DNA of 45,251 nucleotides from Acidaminococcaceae bacterium (GTDB taxonomy: Bacteria; Actinomycetota; Coriobacteriia; Coriobacteriales; QAMH01): NCBI GenBank assembly GCA_963592385.1, contig CAVAWX010000004.1, positions 1 through 45,251 of the forward strand, given 5' to 3'. Both the position numbers and the translations under genes were made by a program. Of the stretch, positions 33,235-45,123 are shown piece by piece. Every line of letters starts with the position of its first letter. Position 1 is the stretch's first letter. The notes below the pieces were generated by a model, which was not told the origin of the DNA, did no database searches, and was given only the letters and a program-made list of their open reading frames with translations.

Positions 33235-34065
33235 CTAGCTGCGGCGGCGCAGGGCGAGCCAGTAGATGCCGCCGACGACCACCGCGCCGCCGACGATGTT
33301 GCCCGCCGTGGCGAGGAGGATGTTGTAGGCCGCGCCGCCCAGATTCACCACATCGGCCACGGCCGCCGCGTCCAGCCCCGCGCCTGCATAGCCGCCCGCG
33401 CCGGCCGCCACCAACCCCATGGGCAAGAAGAACATGTTCGCGATGCAGTGCTCGAAACCGCAGGCCACGAATGCCACAACGGGGAAAATGGTGGTGAACA
33501 CCTTGTCGATGACGCTGCGTCCGGCAAAGCCCATCCACACGGCCAGGCACACGAGCACGTTGCACAGCACCGCGCGGAAGAAGATGGTCTGCGCCGGCAG
33601 GTCGATCTTCGCGTAGGCGACGCTCACCATCGCATCGCCCACCGCGCCGCCGTTCATGGACGCGGCGTCGGCCATCCAGACGAGGAGCACCAAAAACAGC
33701 GCGCCGGCGAGGTTGGCCGGCCACACGAGCGCCCAGTTGCACAGCAGCGCGCGCCACGGGATGCGCCCGCTGGCCGCCGCGCACACCATGAGGGTGTTGC
33801 CGGTGAAGAGCTCGGCGCCGGCCGCCGTGACGAGCAGAAGCCCGAGCGAAAACGACAGGCCGCCGAGCAGCTGCGCGGGCGCGAAGCTCAAAGCCGCGTC
33901 CGACTTCACGAAGAGCATGAGGAGCGCGCCCAAGCCGATGAACAGCCCGGCCAGAAAGCCGAGCGCCAGCGTCGTTATCGCCGACTGCCCCGCCTTGGCC
34001 ACCGCGACGTCTTCGGCCTTGCGCTCCAGATCCGCGCCGGCCCGCGCCTCTACGCTGCCGCCCAT
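33235..34065 (-). CDS. Formate/nitrite transporter family (FNT) channel
   Basis: 276-aa ORF with 6 TM helices. Motifs: LFTGNTLM, FEHCIANMF. Confidence 0.88.
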   Translation of the reverse strand: MGGSVEARAGADLERKAEDVAVAKAGQSAITTLALGFLAGLFIGLGALLMLFVKSDAALSFAPAQLLGGLSFSLGLLLVTAAGAELFTGNTLMVCAAASGRIPWRALLCNWALVWPANLAGALFLVLLVWMADAASMNGGAVGDAMVSVAYAKIDLPAQTIFFRAVLCNVLVCLAVWMGFAGRSVIDKVFTTIFPVVAFVACGFEHCIANMFFLPMGLVAAGAGGYAGAGLDAAAVADVVNLGGAAYNILLATAGNIVGGAVVVGGIYWLALRRRS

Positions 34066-34078
34066 GCGCGCGCAGCCG

Positions 34079-35467
34079 CTACCCGATGCCCAAGTAGGGC
34101 AGGAGGTTCGTCACGAGGATGATCAGCACGAGCACGGGCGCGACGTACTTGATCATGAACGCCCAGGCGCCGGCCGCCCCGAAGGTCGAGGACTGGCGGA
34201 TCTCGTCGATGATGGCCTGCGGCTTGATGATGAACCCGACGAAGATGCAGGTGCATATGGCCACGATGGGCATGAGCACCGAGTTCGAGATGAAGTCGAA
34301 GAAGTCGAGCAGCGTCGAGCCCTCGCCCAGCGGCTGGATGAAGGACAGGCCGCTGTAGCCGGCGTTGATCACGATGCCGCACACGACGAGGAACGCGGCG
34401 AAGATGCCGAGCGACTTCTTGCGCGACCAGCTCGTCGCGTCTTGGATGTTGGAGACGCAGGCCTCGGTCAGGCTGATCGCGCTGGTGAGCGCCGCGAAGA
34501 GCACGAGCAGGAAGAAGACGAAGCCCACGATCTGCCCGGCAAAGCCCATGTCGGCGAAGACCTGCGGCAGCGTGACGAACATGAGCGACGGGCCGGCCTT
34601 GGCCGCCACCGCGTCGGCCGAGCCCAGCGCGATGAAGGCGCCCGGCACGATCATGATGCCCGCGAGGAAGCTGACGATGAAGTCGAAGCTGACGATGCGC
34701 GCGGCGCTCGTGGGCAGGTTGTCCTTCTTGTCCACGTAGGAGCCGTAGGTGATCATGATGGCCATAGCCAGCGACAGGCTGTAGAACATCTGCCCCAGCG
34801 CGTTGATGACCAGCTCGGGGCTGAACTTCGAGAAGTCGGGGCACAGATAGTAGGCCACGCCGTCCATGGCGCCCGGCTGCGCAATGGTGAAGATGGCGAT
34901 GGCGATCGCCATGACGATCAGCGCGGGCATCATGACGAAGTTCGCCTTCTCGATGCCGTTTTTCACCCCGAGGGCCACGACGCCGACGGTGATGGCCATG
35001 AAGACCAGCATGAAGACCTGGCTGGCCACCGGCGAGGTGATGAAGCCGGTGAAGAAGGTGCCGGCCTCGCCGCCCACGTCCGCGATGCTGGCCGCCGAGT
35101 TCGTGACGTAGGCCGTCAGGTACTTCGTGACCCAGCCGCCGATGATGCAGTAGTACGGCGTGATGATGAAGGGCACGGCCACGGCCAGAAAGCCGATGGG
35201 CGCATAGCGCTTGCCGTAGGAGCGAAACGCGCTGAACACGGACAGGCGCGTCTTGCGGCCGAAGGCGATCTCGAGCAGAAGCAGGCTCAGGCCGAAGGTG
35301 AAGACGAGCACGAAGTAGGTGAGCAGGAAGGTGCCGCCGCCGTACTTGGCCGCCAAATAGGGAAAGCGCCAGAGGTTGCCCAGCCCGACTGCCGATGCGG
35401 CAGCCGAGAGGATGAAGGCCCACTTGCCGGACCATTTCGCGCGCTGCGGTGCTTCTTGTGTTGCCAT
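34079..35467 (-). CDS. Sodium-dependent transporter, neurotransmitter:sodium symporter (NSS/SNF) family
   Basis: 462-aa ORF. The hallmark motif is AVGLGNLWRFPYLAAKYGGG. It has about 11-12 TM helices. Confidence 0.92.
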   Translation of the reverse strand: MATQEAPQRAKWSGKWAFILSAAASAVGLGNLWRFPYLAAKYGGGTFLLTYFVLVFTFGLSLLLLEIAFGRKTRLSVFSAFRSYGKRYAPIGFLAVAVPFIITPYYCIIGGWVTKYLTAYVTNSAASIADVGGEAGTFFTGFITSPVASQVFMLVFMAITVGVVALGVKNGIEKANFVMMPALIVMAIAIAIFTIAQPGAMDGVAYYLCPDFSKFSPELVINALGQMFYSLSLAMAIMITYGSYVDKKDNLPTSAARIVSFDFIVSFLAGIMIVPGAFIALGSADAVAAKAGPSLMFVTLPQVFADMGFAGQIVGFVFFLLVLFAALTSAISLTEACVSNIQDATSWSRKKSLGIFAAFLVVCGIVINAGYSGLSFIQPLGEGSTLLDFFDFISNSVLMPIVAICTCIFVGFIIKPQAIIDEIRQSSTFGAAGAWAFMIKYVAPVLVLIILVTNLLPYLGIG

Positions 35468-35526
35468 CTTGCGTCTCTCCTCGTACCCCTTGCGGGCGTG
35501 CGTGCGGCGCGCGCGAATCCTCGCGC

Positions 35527-35544
35527 GGCGCGCACGTGCGCGCC
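35527..35544. repeat. 18-bp perfect palindrome GGCGCGCACGTGCGCGCC
   Basis: I verified base by base that it is its own reverse complement. It lies 60-77 nt upstream of the NSS transporter ATG and 45 nt downstream of the glmM stop. An adjacent 7-bp hairpin lies at 35510-35527, and a 10-bp palindrome (CTAGCGCTAG) lies at 35578-35587. Confidence 0.85.
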
Positions 35545-35588
35545 CACGTCTTCCATACGTGCGAATTGCCGAGAATACTAGCGCTAGG

Positions 35589-36920
35589 TTACGCGCCTAT
35601 TTCGGAAGCGATGCATTCTGCCACGCGAGCGGCATATTTTTCGGCCTCTTGCTGGGTCTGGGCCTCGACCATCACGCGGACGAGCGGCTCGGTCCCGCTC
35701 GGGCGCACGAGCAGGCGGCCCGTCTCGCCCAGCGCGGCGGACCCCTCGGCCTCGGCGGCGGCGATGGCGTCGTTGCCCGCATAGAAGGCCTTGTCGCGCA
35801 CGCGCACGTTCACCAGCGCCTGGGGCAGCTTCTCCATCACGCGCATCAGCTCGGGCAGGGGCGTGTTCGTGCGCGCCATGACGGCAAGTAGGCGGCAGGC
35901 CGTCATCAAGCCGTCGCCCGTGGTGTTGTGCTCCAAAAAGACGATGTGGCCGGACTGCTCGCCGCCGAGGGCCGCCCCGCGCGCGCGCATGCACTCGAGC
36001 ACGTAGCGGTCGCCCACCTGCGTCGAGGCGACCTCGATCCCCAGGGCGCGCATGGCCCGGGTGAAGCCGAGGTTGGCCATGACGGTGCCGACGACGAGGT
36101 GTTCCGGCAGGGCGCCGCGCTCGGCCATGTCGCGCGCGCATATGGCGATGATGAAGTCGCCGTCTGCCACCGCGCCGCCCGGCGCCACGGCCAGCAGGCG
36201 GTCGGCGTCGCCGTCGTGGGCGAGCGCGACGTCGGCGCCGGTCTGCTCGAGCAGCTCTGTGACGGGCGCGAGCTGCGTCGACCCGCAGCCGACGTTGATC
36301 TGCGCGCCATCCGGGTCGTCGTTGATGACGAAGAGCTCGGCGCCGAGTGCGCGCAGGGCCGCGGGCGTGGTCGCGCACGAGGCGCCGTGGGCGCAGTCGA
36401 GCGCCACCTTCAAGCCGGAGAAGTCGACGCCCAGGGCGCGCACCGCACGGACGGCGTGGTCGACGTAGCGCTGCGCCGCGCCCTCGCACACGGGCACCTC
36501 CCCGCCGCACTCGACGGCCTGGCCGCGCAGCTCCTCGACGATGCGCTGCATCTCGTCTTCTGTCGCGTCGGGCAGTTTGAAGCCGTCGGCGTCGAAGAAC
36601 TTGATGCCGTTGTACTCCGGCGGGTTGTGGCTGGCCGAGATGACGACGCCGCAGTCGTAGGCGCCCTCGCGGGCGAGCAGGGCCACGGCCGGCGTGGGCA
36701 CGACGCCCGCCGTCTCGCAGCTCCCGCCCTCGGCCCGCACGCCGTCGGCGATGGCCTGCTCGAGCATGGGGCCGGAGACGCGCGTGTCGCGTCCCACCAG
36801 CACGCGCGGCCCGAGCACGCGCACCGCGGCGCGGCCCAGGGCCACGGCCAAGCTGCGGTCGAGCGCTTCGCCCTCCCCCGCGACGCCGCGCACCCCGTCG
36901 GTTCCAAACAAACGGCTCAT
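35589..36920 (-). CDS. glmM: Phosphoglucosamine mutase
   Basis: Track ORF 35589..36932. Motifs: LFGTDGVRG, SASHNPPEYNGIKFF, DGDADR, GGEQSGH. I preferred the ATG at 36920 (GGGAG 5 nt upstream). 36932 is an alternative. Confidence 0.95.
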   Translation of the reverse strand: MSRLFGTDGVRGVAGEGEALDRSLAVALGRAAVRVLGPRVLVGRDTRVSGPMLEQAIADGVRAEGGSCETAGVVPTPAVALLAREGAYDCGVVISASHNPPEYNGIKFFDADGFKLPDATEDEMQRIVEELRGQAVECGGEVPVCEGAAQRYVDHAVRAVRALGVDFSGLKVALDCAHGASCATTPAALRALGAELFVINDDPDGAQINVGCGSTQLAPVTELLEQTGADVALAHDGDADRLLAVAPGGAVADGDFIIAICARDMAERGALPEHLVVGTVMANLGFTRAMRALGIEVASTQVGDRYVLECMRARGAALGGEQSGHIVFLEHNTTGDGLMTACRLLAVMARTNTPLPELMRVMEKLPQALVNVRVRDKAFYAGNDAIAAAEAEGSAALGETGRLLVRPSGTEPLVRVMVEAQTQQEAEKYAARVAECIASEIGA

Positions 36921-36984
36921 GTCAGCTCCCATCTTCCCAGTTCACCATCATCGGCACGGGCACGACTCCTTGCACGCGCCGCCT

Positions 36985-37005
36985 GGCTGCGCTTCACTCG
37001 CAGCC
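36985..37005 (-). terminator. Hairpin downstream of murJ (putative terminator without a U tract)
   Basis: 7-bp perfect stem (GGCTGCG/CGCAGCC) with a 7-nt loop, 39 nt after the murJ stop. Confidence 0.35.
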
Positions 37006-37043
37006 GCCTTCACCTTCACCATTTCAACCGTCGCCGCGCCCCT

Positions 37044-38855
37044 CTAGCGCGAGGCCGGGCGCAGCTTCTCCTTCACCCTCATGACCAGATTGACGATCTC
37101 GTTTACCCGCAAAAGGCTGCACAGCGCGAACACGAGGGCAAGCCCCACCACGCCGAGCACGACGAGCAGCACAAACGACGAGAGCATACCCGAGACGTCG
37201 AAAAAGCCGCGCGCCCACGCCCCGAGCGCGAAGGTGATGCCGCCGCCCACGAGCGAGGCCAGCGACACCTTGGCCGTCGAGCGCGCGAGCCGCCCGAAAT
37301 GAAACGGGCCCACGCGCCGGCGCAGCACGAGCAAGAGCACCACGATCATCAGCCCGTAGAACACGGTGTCGCCCACGGGCAGGCCGACCAGGCCCAGGTT
37401 CACCCCCACGTCGATCACGCCGGTGGCCACCATGTAGATGCCGACCTGCAAAAACGTCAGCACGAGGTTGCACAGCGCGAGGGTCTTCAGGTCCTTCATC
37501 GCCGAAAACGCGCGGTAGAGGAACATGTAGCCGGCGTAGAGCGGCAGCGCGACCGCCCACCCGCGCAAGAGGTCGGCCACAGGTCCGATGTCGTCGGCGC
37601 TGAACTTGCCCGCCGCGTACAGGCCAATCAGCTCGGGGGCGCACGCGAAGAGCAACGCGGCCATGGGGATGATCAGCAGCCAGGTCGTGCGCAGGCCGAG
37701 GTTGAGGTGCTTTTTGAAGCCGTGGGAGTCGCCGCGCGTCGTGCATTCGCTCATCTCGGTGAACAGCGCGGTGGACAGCGCCACCGACAGCACGCCGTAG
37801 GGGAACTGGTACCACATCCACGCGTAGCTGACCGACGCCGGGCCGGTGTCGGAGACGTGCAGGGCGCAGCTGTTCATGAAGCTGAGCGAGACGAGGTTGA
37901 TGGCGGTGCAGGCGATGGCGGGCAGGGCCAGACGCAGCGTCTCGCGGAAGCCCTCGCCGTTGAAGTCGATGTAGAGCTTGAAGCGGAAACCCGCCTTCAC
38001 CAGCGCGGGGATCTGCACGCAGGCCATGACGACGATGGAGAGCAGCGTGCCCACGGCCAGGCAGGTGCGCGCGAGGGCGGGATCGACGGCGCTGATGAAG
38101 GGGTAGGAGAAAAACGAGAGTATGGAGACGATGTTCATGAAGATGGAGCTGACCGCCGGCCAGAAGTAGCGGCGCTCGGCGTTGAGCAGGCCGCCGAAGA
38201 CGGCGGAGGCCCCGTAGAAGACGACCTGGAACGCGAAGAAGCGGAAGAACCACACGGCCTGCTCGACGGTCTCGTCGGAGGCCGAGGAGAAGAGGCTTTG
38301 CGTGACCATGACCTGCGGCGCGAAGATCGAGGCGAGCAGCGCGATGATGCCGAGGAGCAGCACGGTGATGTTGGTGAGGTTGGCGGCGTAGAGGTTGGCG
38401 GCGTCGCGGCCGCGGCGGTTGCGCTGCTGCAGGTAGATGGGGAGAAACGCCGTGGACAGGACGCCGCCGGCCACCAGCTCGTAGATCATGTTGGGCAGGT
38501 TGTTGGCCAGGCTGAAGCCCGCGGACAGGACCGTGCTGCCCAGCGCGAAGGCCATGGCCCAGGTGCGGATGAAGCCGGTGGCGCGCGAGGCCAGCGTGGC
38601 CATCGACATCGTGGCCGTGGACTTGGCCACCTGGCGCGCGCGCTCGAGGTCGGCGTCCGTCAACTCGGGGGCGTCGGAAGGCGGCTGCTTGCGCGTGGAC
38701 GTGGAGCGCGATGGCGTGTCGGGCTTTGCCGCATCGGGTTTCGCCACGCCCTGCTTCACCATGTCGTTGTCCGCCGCGTCGGAAGGCGGCGCGGGACGCT
38801 GCGCCGTGTCGGGCTTCGGTGCCGTGTCCTGTGTCGGTGTCGTGTCGTGTTTCAT
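37044..38855 (-). CDS. murJ: Lipid II flippase MurJ (MviN family) with a disordered N-terminal extension of about 85 aa
   Basis: 603-aa ORF. Motifs: ATLASRATGFIRTWAMAFALG, NNLPNMIYELVAGGVLSTAFLP. It has about 14 TM helices. The N-terminus is Pro/Asp/Lys-rich with KPDT/KPDA repeats. Confidence 0.9.
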   Translation of the reverse strand: MKHDTTPTQDTAPKPDTAQRPAPPSDAADNDMVKQGVAKPDAAKPDTPSRSTSTRKQPPSDAPELTDADLERARQVAKSTATMSMATLASRATGFIRTWAMAFALGSTVLSAGFSLANNLPNMIYELVAGGVLSTAFLPIYLQQRNRRGRDAANLYAANLTNITVLLLGIIALLASIFAPQVMVTQSLFSSASDETVEQAVWFFRFFAFQVVFYGASAVFGGLLNAERRYFWPAVSSIFMNIVSILSFFSYPFISAVDPALARTCLAVGTLLSIVVMACVQIPALVKAGFRFKLYIDFNGEGFRETLRLALPAIACTAINLVSLSFMNSCALHVSDTGPASVSYAWMWYQFPYGVLSVALSTALFTEMSECTTRGDSHGFKKHLNLGLRTTWLLIIPMAALLFACAPELIGLYAAGKFSADDIGPVADLLRGWAVALPLYAGYMFLYRAFSAMKDLKTLALCNLVLTFLQVGIYMVATGVIDVGVNLGLVGLPVGDTVFYGLMIVVLLLVLRRRVGPFHFGRLARSTAKVSLASLVGGGITFALGAWARGFFDVSGMLSSFVLLVVLGVVGLALVFALCSLLRVNEIVNLVMRVKEKLRPASR

Positions 38856-38904
38856 CGTGCGTGCCCTCGTGGCTGCATTTCCGGCGCGGTGCGGCCAGCG
38901 CCCT

Positions 38905-39915
38905 CTAGCGCCCGACCGCGATGCGCCCGCGGAAGGCGCGGTAGACGAGGATATGGTAGGCGGCGACGAGCGGCACGCCCACGCACGCGATCATGGTCAT
39001 GACCGTCAGGGTGAGGGTGCCGGCCTGCGCGCTGGCGATGGAGATGGAAGGACCTGTGCCCGTCGAGACGATGAAGTTGGGAAACATCGAGGCGGTGAAC
39101 AGGGCCACGAGGCCGACGCAGACGAGCGAGCCCGCGAGGAAGGGGAAGAGGTCGCTGCCGCGGCCGCCGGCCAGAAAGCCCGCGACGATGCCGACGAGGA
39201 TGGCCGCGAGCGCCGCCACCTGCGCGACGAGCGCCGCGCCTTCGTTGAGCTGGAAGCCGCGCTCGAGCAAGAAGAAGGCCGCGACGGCGACGAAAAGCAG
39301 GACCGTCGCGATCTGGAGGATGAGGCGGGCATGGCGGGCACGCTGCTGCAGCGCAGAGCCGCGCTCGATTTTGAGCGACAGCCAGGCCGCGCCCTGCAAG
39401 AGCACCGTGGAAAGGCCGAGCAGGCCGCAGAGCAGGGGGAAGGGCCCCAGCAGGCCGAGGAAGCCGCCCGTGTAGTCGCCGTTGGCGTCGAGCGGCACGC
39501 CCTGCAGGCAGTTGCCCAGCGCGACGCCGAAGAGCAGCGCGGGCAGGAAGCTGCCGAGCACGAAGAGCAGGTCCCACAGGCCGCGCAGGGCCTCGTCGTG
39601 GGCGCGGAACTCGATGGCGACCGCGCGGACGATCAGCCCGAAGAGCACCAGCATGATGGCGAGGTAGAAGCCGGAAAACGCCGAGGCGTAGGCGGGCGCG
39701 AACGCCGCGAAGAGGGCGCCGCCCGCGGTGAGCAGCCACACCTCGTTGCCGTCCCACACCGGCCCTATCGCCCGCACGAGGGCACGGCGCTCCTGCTCGG
39801 TCTTGGCCACGAACGGCGAGAGGATGGCGGCGCCGAGGTCGAAGCCGTCGAGCACGTAGTAGACGGCCAGCAGCACCGCGATGAGCGCAAACCAGAGTAT
39901 GCCCAGCACCGTCAT
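38905..39915 (-). CDS. cydB: Cytochrome bd oxidase subunit II
   Basis: 336-aa ORF with a hydrophobic N-terminus (LGILWFALIAVLLAVYYVLDGFDLG). Its ATG overlaps the cydA stop (ATGA at 39912-39915). Confidence 0.93.
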   Translation of the reverse strand: MTVLGILWFALIAVLLAVYYVLDGFDLGAAILSPFVAKTEQERRALVRAIGPVWDGNEVWLLTAGGALFAAFAPAYASAFSGFYLAIMLVLFGLIVRAVAIEFRAHDEALRGLWDLLFVLGSFLPALLFGVALGNCLQGVPLDANGDYTGGFLGLLGPFPLLCGLLGLSTVLLQGAAWLSLKIERGSALQQRARHARLILQIATVLLFVAVAAFFLLERGFQLNEGAALVAQVAALAAILVGIVAGFLAGGRGSDLFPFLAGSLVCVGLVALFTASMFPNFIVSTGTGPSISIASAQAGTLTLTVMTMIACVGVPLVAAYHILVYRAFRGRIAVGR

Positions 39916-41429
39916 GAGCGGCCCCCCTTCTGCGCGGCCGGCATTTCGTGAGCCGCGCCCTGCGGGCCTTCACCCGCCACGCCCTGCGACGCTCCCTGCG
40001 CCGTCATCGGCGGCACGCCGCGCGGCGCCGCGCGCAAATCCCCGCGCGGTTCACCCTGCGGCCTTTCGCCAAACGGGCCGCGCGGGCCTTCACCCGCCAC
40101 GCCCTGCGGGCCTTCGTGCACGAACTTGGTGAACAGACGCAAGAACGCGACGACGATGATGGCGTAGATCACCACGAATATGAAGAGGGTGACGAGCAGC
40201 TGCTCGGCCGGCACCGCCCTCGAGTACGCGTCGGCCGTCTTCAACACGCCGTAGACGATCCAGGGCTGGCGCCCAAACTCCGCCGTGAGCCAGCCGGCCA
40301 TGATGGCCGCAAACGGCGCGACCCAGCCCCAGCGCATGACCTGCGCCATCCAGCGCGGGCCGCCGCGCCTCGAAAACGCGAGCACGAGCGAGAAGAGCAG
40401 CCCCAGGCACACGAGCGCCATCATCGCGATCATCGTGTGGTAGCTGACGAAGGTGGCCTGCACCATCAGCTTGCCGGGCGTCGAGCCGGGGTCTGCCGCC
40501 TCCAGCTCGTCGAGGCCGGGGTACTCGGTGGAAAAATCGCCCGAGGCTAGAAAGCTCGTGAGGCCTGGAATCGACGGGCCGACGACCTCTTTGCCCTGCG
40601 TGTCCACGTAGCCGAACAGCGTCATGTCCGCAGGCCCGCTCTCGTATTGGCCCTCCATGGCGGCCAGCTTCGTGGGCTGCTGCTCGGCCACGACGACGGC
40701 CTGCCAGTGCGAGGCCGGCATCATCAGCACGGCGGCGACCAGCGCGACGATCGCGCCCACGCGCAGGGCGCAGTTCGCGAAGTCGGCGTTGCGCCCGTGC
40801 ACCCGATGCCAGCAGGCGATGGCCACGAGGGTGAACGCGCCCATGATGACGAGCGCGAGCAGGGTGTGCGCGTAGGTGGGCAGCGTCTCGGGGTTGAGCG
40901 CTGCGGCGAGAAAGTCCGTCAGCCGCGCGGTGCCCGTCGCGCTGTCGAGCGCGTAGCCGGCCGGCGACTGCATCCAGCTGTTCGCGATGATGATCCACAG
41001 CGCCGACAGCACCGAGCCCGCCCACACGAGCCACGCGCTGGCGACGTAGAGCTTCTTGCCCACGCGGCCGCGCCCGAACACGAGCACGCCGAGGAAGGTG
41101 GACTCGAGGAAAAACGCGAGCAGCGCCTCGGCAGCCAGCGGCGCGCCGAAGATGTCGCCCACGAAGCGCGAGTAGTCGGCCCAGTTCGTGCCGAAGCTGA
41201 ACTCCATGGTGATGCCCGTGGCCACGCCGCAGGTGAAGACGAGGGCGAAGAGCTTCACGAGGAAGGCCGCCTGGTGTTCGTGCGCGGGCAGGCCGGTACG
41301 CGCGGCACGCGTCGTGAAGATGGCGACGGCCAGCCCAAGCCCCACCGACAGCGGGACGAATATGAAGTGCACGAGCACCGTGAAGGTGAACTGCGCGCGC
41401 GACAGAAACACCGGATCGAGAAAATCCAC
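39912..41429 (-). CDS. cydA: Cytochrome bd oxidase subunit I with a C-terminal Gly/Pro-rich extension of about 70 aa
   Basis: This lies within track ORF 39912..41837. The GTG start at 41429 has GGAGG 6 nt upstream and gives fM-DFLDPVFLSRAQFTFTVLVHFIFVP, a typical CydA N-terminus. The upstream ORF part is a shadow frame. Confidence 0.9.
   Translation of the reverse strand: MDFLDPVFLSRAQFTFTVLVHFIFVPLSVGLGLAVAIFTTRAARTGLPAHEHQAAFLVKLFALVFTCGVATGITMEFSFGTNWADYSRFVGDIFGAPLAAEALLAFFLESTFLGVLVFGRGRVGKKLYVASAWLVWAGSVLSALWIIIANSWMQSPAGYALDSATGTARLTDFLAAALNPETLPTYAHTLLALVIMGAFTLVAIACWHRVHGRNADFANCALRVGAIVALVAAVLMMPASHWQAVVVAEQQPTKLAAMEGQYESGPADMTLFGYVDTQGKEVVGPSIPGLTSFLASGDFSTEYPGLDELEAADPGSTPGKLMVQATFVSYHTMIAMMALVCLGLLFSLVLAFSRRGGPRWMAQVMRWGWVAPFAAIMAGWLTAEFGRQPWIVYGVLKTADAYSRAVPAEQLLVTLFIFVVIYAIIVVAFLRLFTKFVHEGPQGVAGEGPRGPFGERPQGEPRGDLRAAPRGVPPMTAQGASQGVAGEGPQGAAHEMPAAQKGGRS
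39962..40108 (-). repeat. Exact 27-nt direct repeat, 120 nt apart, inside the cydA 3' extension
   Basis: GCGGGCCTTCACCCGCCACGCCCTGCG occurs at 39962-39988 and again at 40082-40108. The copies are in frame (40 codons apart). They encode QGVAGEGP[R/Q] (last residue differs: GPQ at 39962-39988, GPR at 40082-40108). Confidence 0.85.
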
Positions 41430-41513
41430 TGGCGCCTCCTCGTGGATGCGGCCGGGCGCCTGCGGCGTCAAGACGGGCGTCGGCCGAAACGAAAGCGGTT
41501 CAGGTTGCCCGCC

Positions 41514-41519
41514 ATTATA
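41514..41519 (-). promoter_or_regulatory. Candidate -10 box (TATAAT) for cydAB
   Basis: Consensus TATAAT on the minus strand, about 85 nt upstream of the cydA GTG. Confidence 0.4.
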
Positions 41520-41543
41520 GGGCTTGGGTGAAAACGGGTGGGG

Positions 41544-41549
41544 TACAAT
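41544..41549 (+). promoter_or_regulatory. Candidate -10 box (TACAAT) for uvrA
   Basis: TACAAT on the plus strand, about 150 nt upstream of the uvrA ATG. It is followed by the 8-bp palindrome TTTGCAAA at 41555-41562. Confidence 0.35.
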
Positions 41550-41566
41550 CGAATTTTGCAAATAGA

Positions 41567-41671
41567 GCACGCCGGCACGGACGCGCGGCGCGGCAACGAC
41601 GGGGCAGCGGCGCGGCAGCGAAGCCGCGCAACCGCAAGCTCGCACACCCGCGCAACCGCACGCCGGCACGG
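41567..41671 (+). repeat. Nested direct repeats in the uvrA 5' leader
   Basis: Three exact pairs. A is GCACGCCGGCACGG, at 41567-41580 and 41658-41671. B is GCGGCGCGGCA, at 41585-41595 and 41607-41617. C is CCGCGCAACCGCA, at 41624-41636 and 41648-41660. The order is A-B-B-C-C-A. Confidence 0.8.
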
Positions 41672-41697
41672 CAAGAAATGTAAGGAACGCACCGCAC

Positions 41698-44583
<2,886 letters not shown>

Positions 44584-44599
44584 GCGCGGCGGCGCAGGT

Positions 44600-44627
44600 G
44601 ATGCGCGCGGCGGGCTCGCGCCGCATC
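44600..44627. terminator. Hairpin between convergent uvrA and the phosphoesterase gene
   Basis: About 10 bp of stem (GATGCGCGCG/CGCGCCGCATC) with one bulged C and a 7-nt loop. Confidence 0.4.
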
Positions 44628-44658
44628 GTGGCGAAGGCGAGCGACACGCAGGCGCAGG

Positions 44659-45123
44659 TTAATCGAAGAGGCTGACGAGGCGCACCGGGCCGACGACGCC
44701 GTCCTCCAGGCGCACGAGCATCACGGACGGATCGCTGCCGCCGCGCGGACGGCTCGCCGACCCCGGGTTGAGCAGCTTCGTCGTGCCGACAAGCTCCTCG
44801 CGCGGCACGTGCGTGTGGCCGTGGACGACCAGGCCGTACTCGCCGGAACGCGCCGCTTCCTCGGCGTCTTCGGGAAAATGCGCGACGAACAGCTCCACCC
44901 CGCCGATCTCCGGCGTCGCGCTCTCGCCGACGGCAGACCCGTAGTCGCCCCAATCGTTGTTGCCCAGCACGGCGATGGTCGGCGCGATGGTCTCCAGCTC
45001 CCACAGCAGACTGCGTGGCCCGATGTCGCCCGCGTGCACGATGATGTCCACGTGCGCAAACGCGTCGTAGACGGCCGCGTCGAGCGTGCCGTGCGTGTCC
45101 GATATGATGCCGAGAAGCGCCAT
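44659..45123 (-). CDS. Metallophosphoesterase, YfcE/MJ0936-like
   Basis: 154 aa from the ATG at 45123 (MALLGIISDTHG). Motifs: DTHG, HAGD, GNND, GHTH. Confidence 0.85.
   Translation of the reverse strand: MALLGIISDTHGTLDAAVYDAFAHVDIIVHAGDIGPRSLLWELETIAPTIAVLGNNDWGDYGSAVGESATPEIGGVELFVAHFPEDAEEAARSGEYGLVVHGHTHVPREELVGTTKLLNPGSASRPRGGSDPSVMLVRLEDGVVGPVRLVSLFD

Noticed and set aside
41540-41575. A LexA/SOS box in front of uvrA.
   Set aside because: The sequence CGAATTTTGCAAAT is not a palindromic CGAAC-N4-GTTCG or TCGAAC-N4-GTTCGA site. Only the 8-bp TTTGCAAA palindrome is present.
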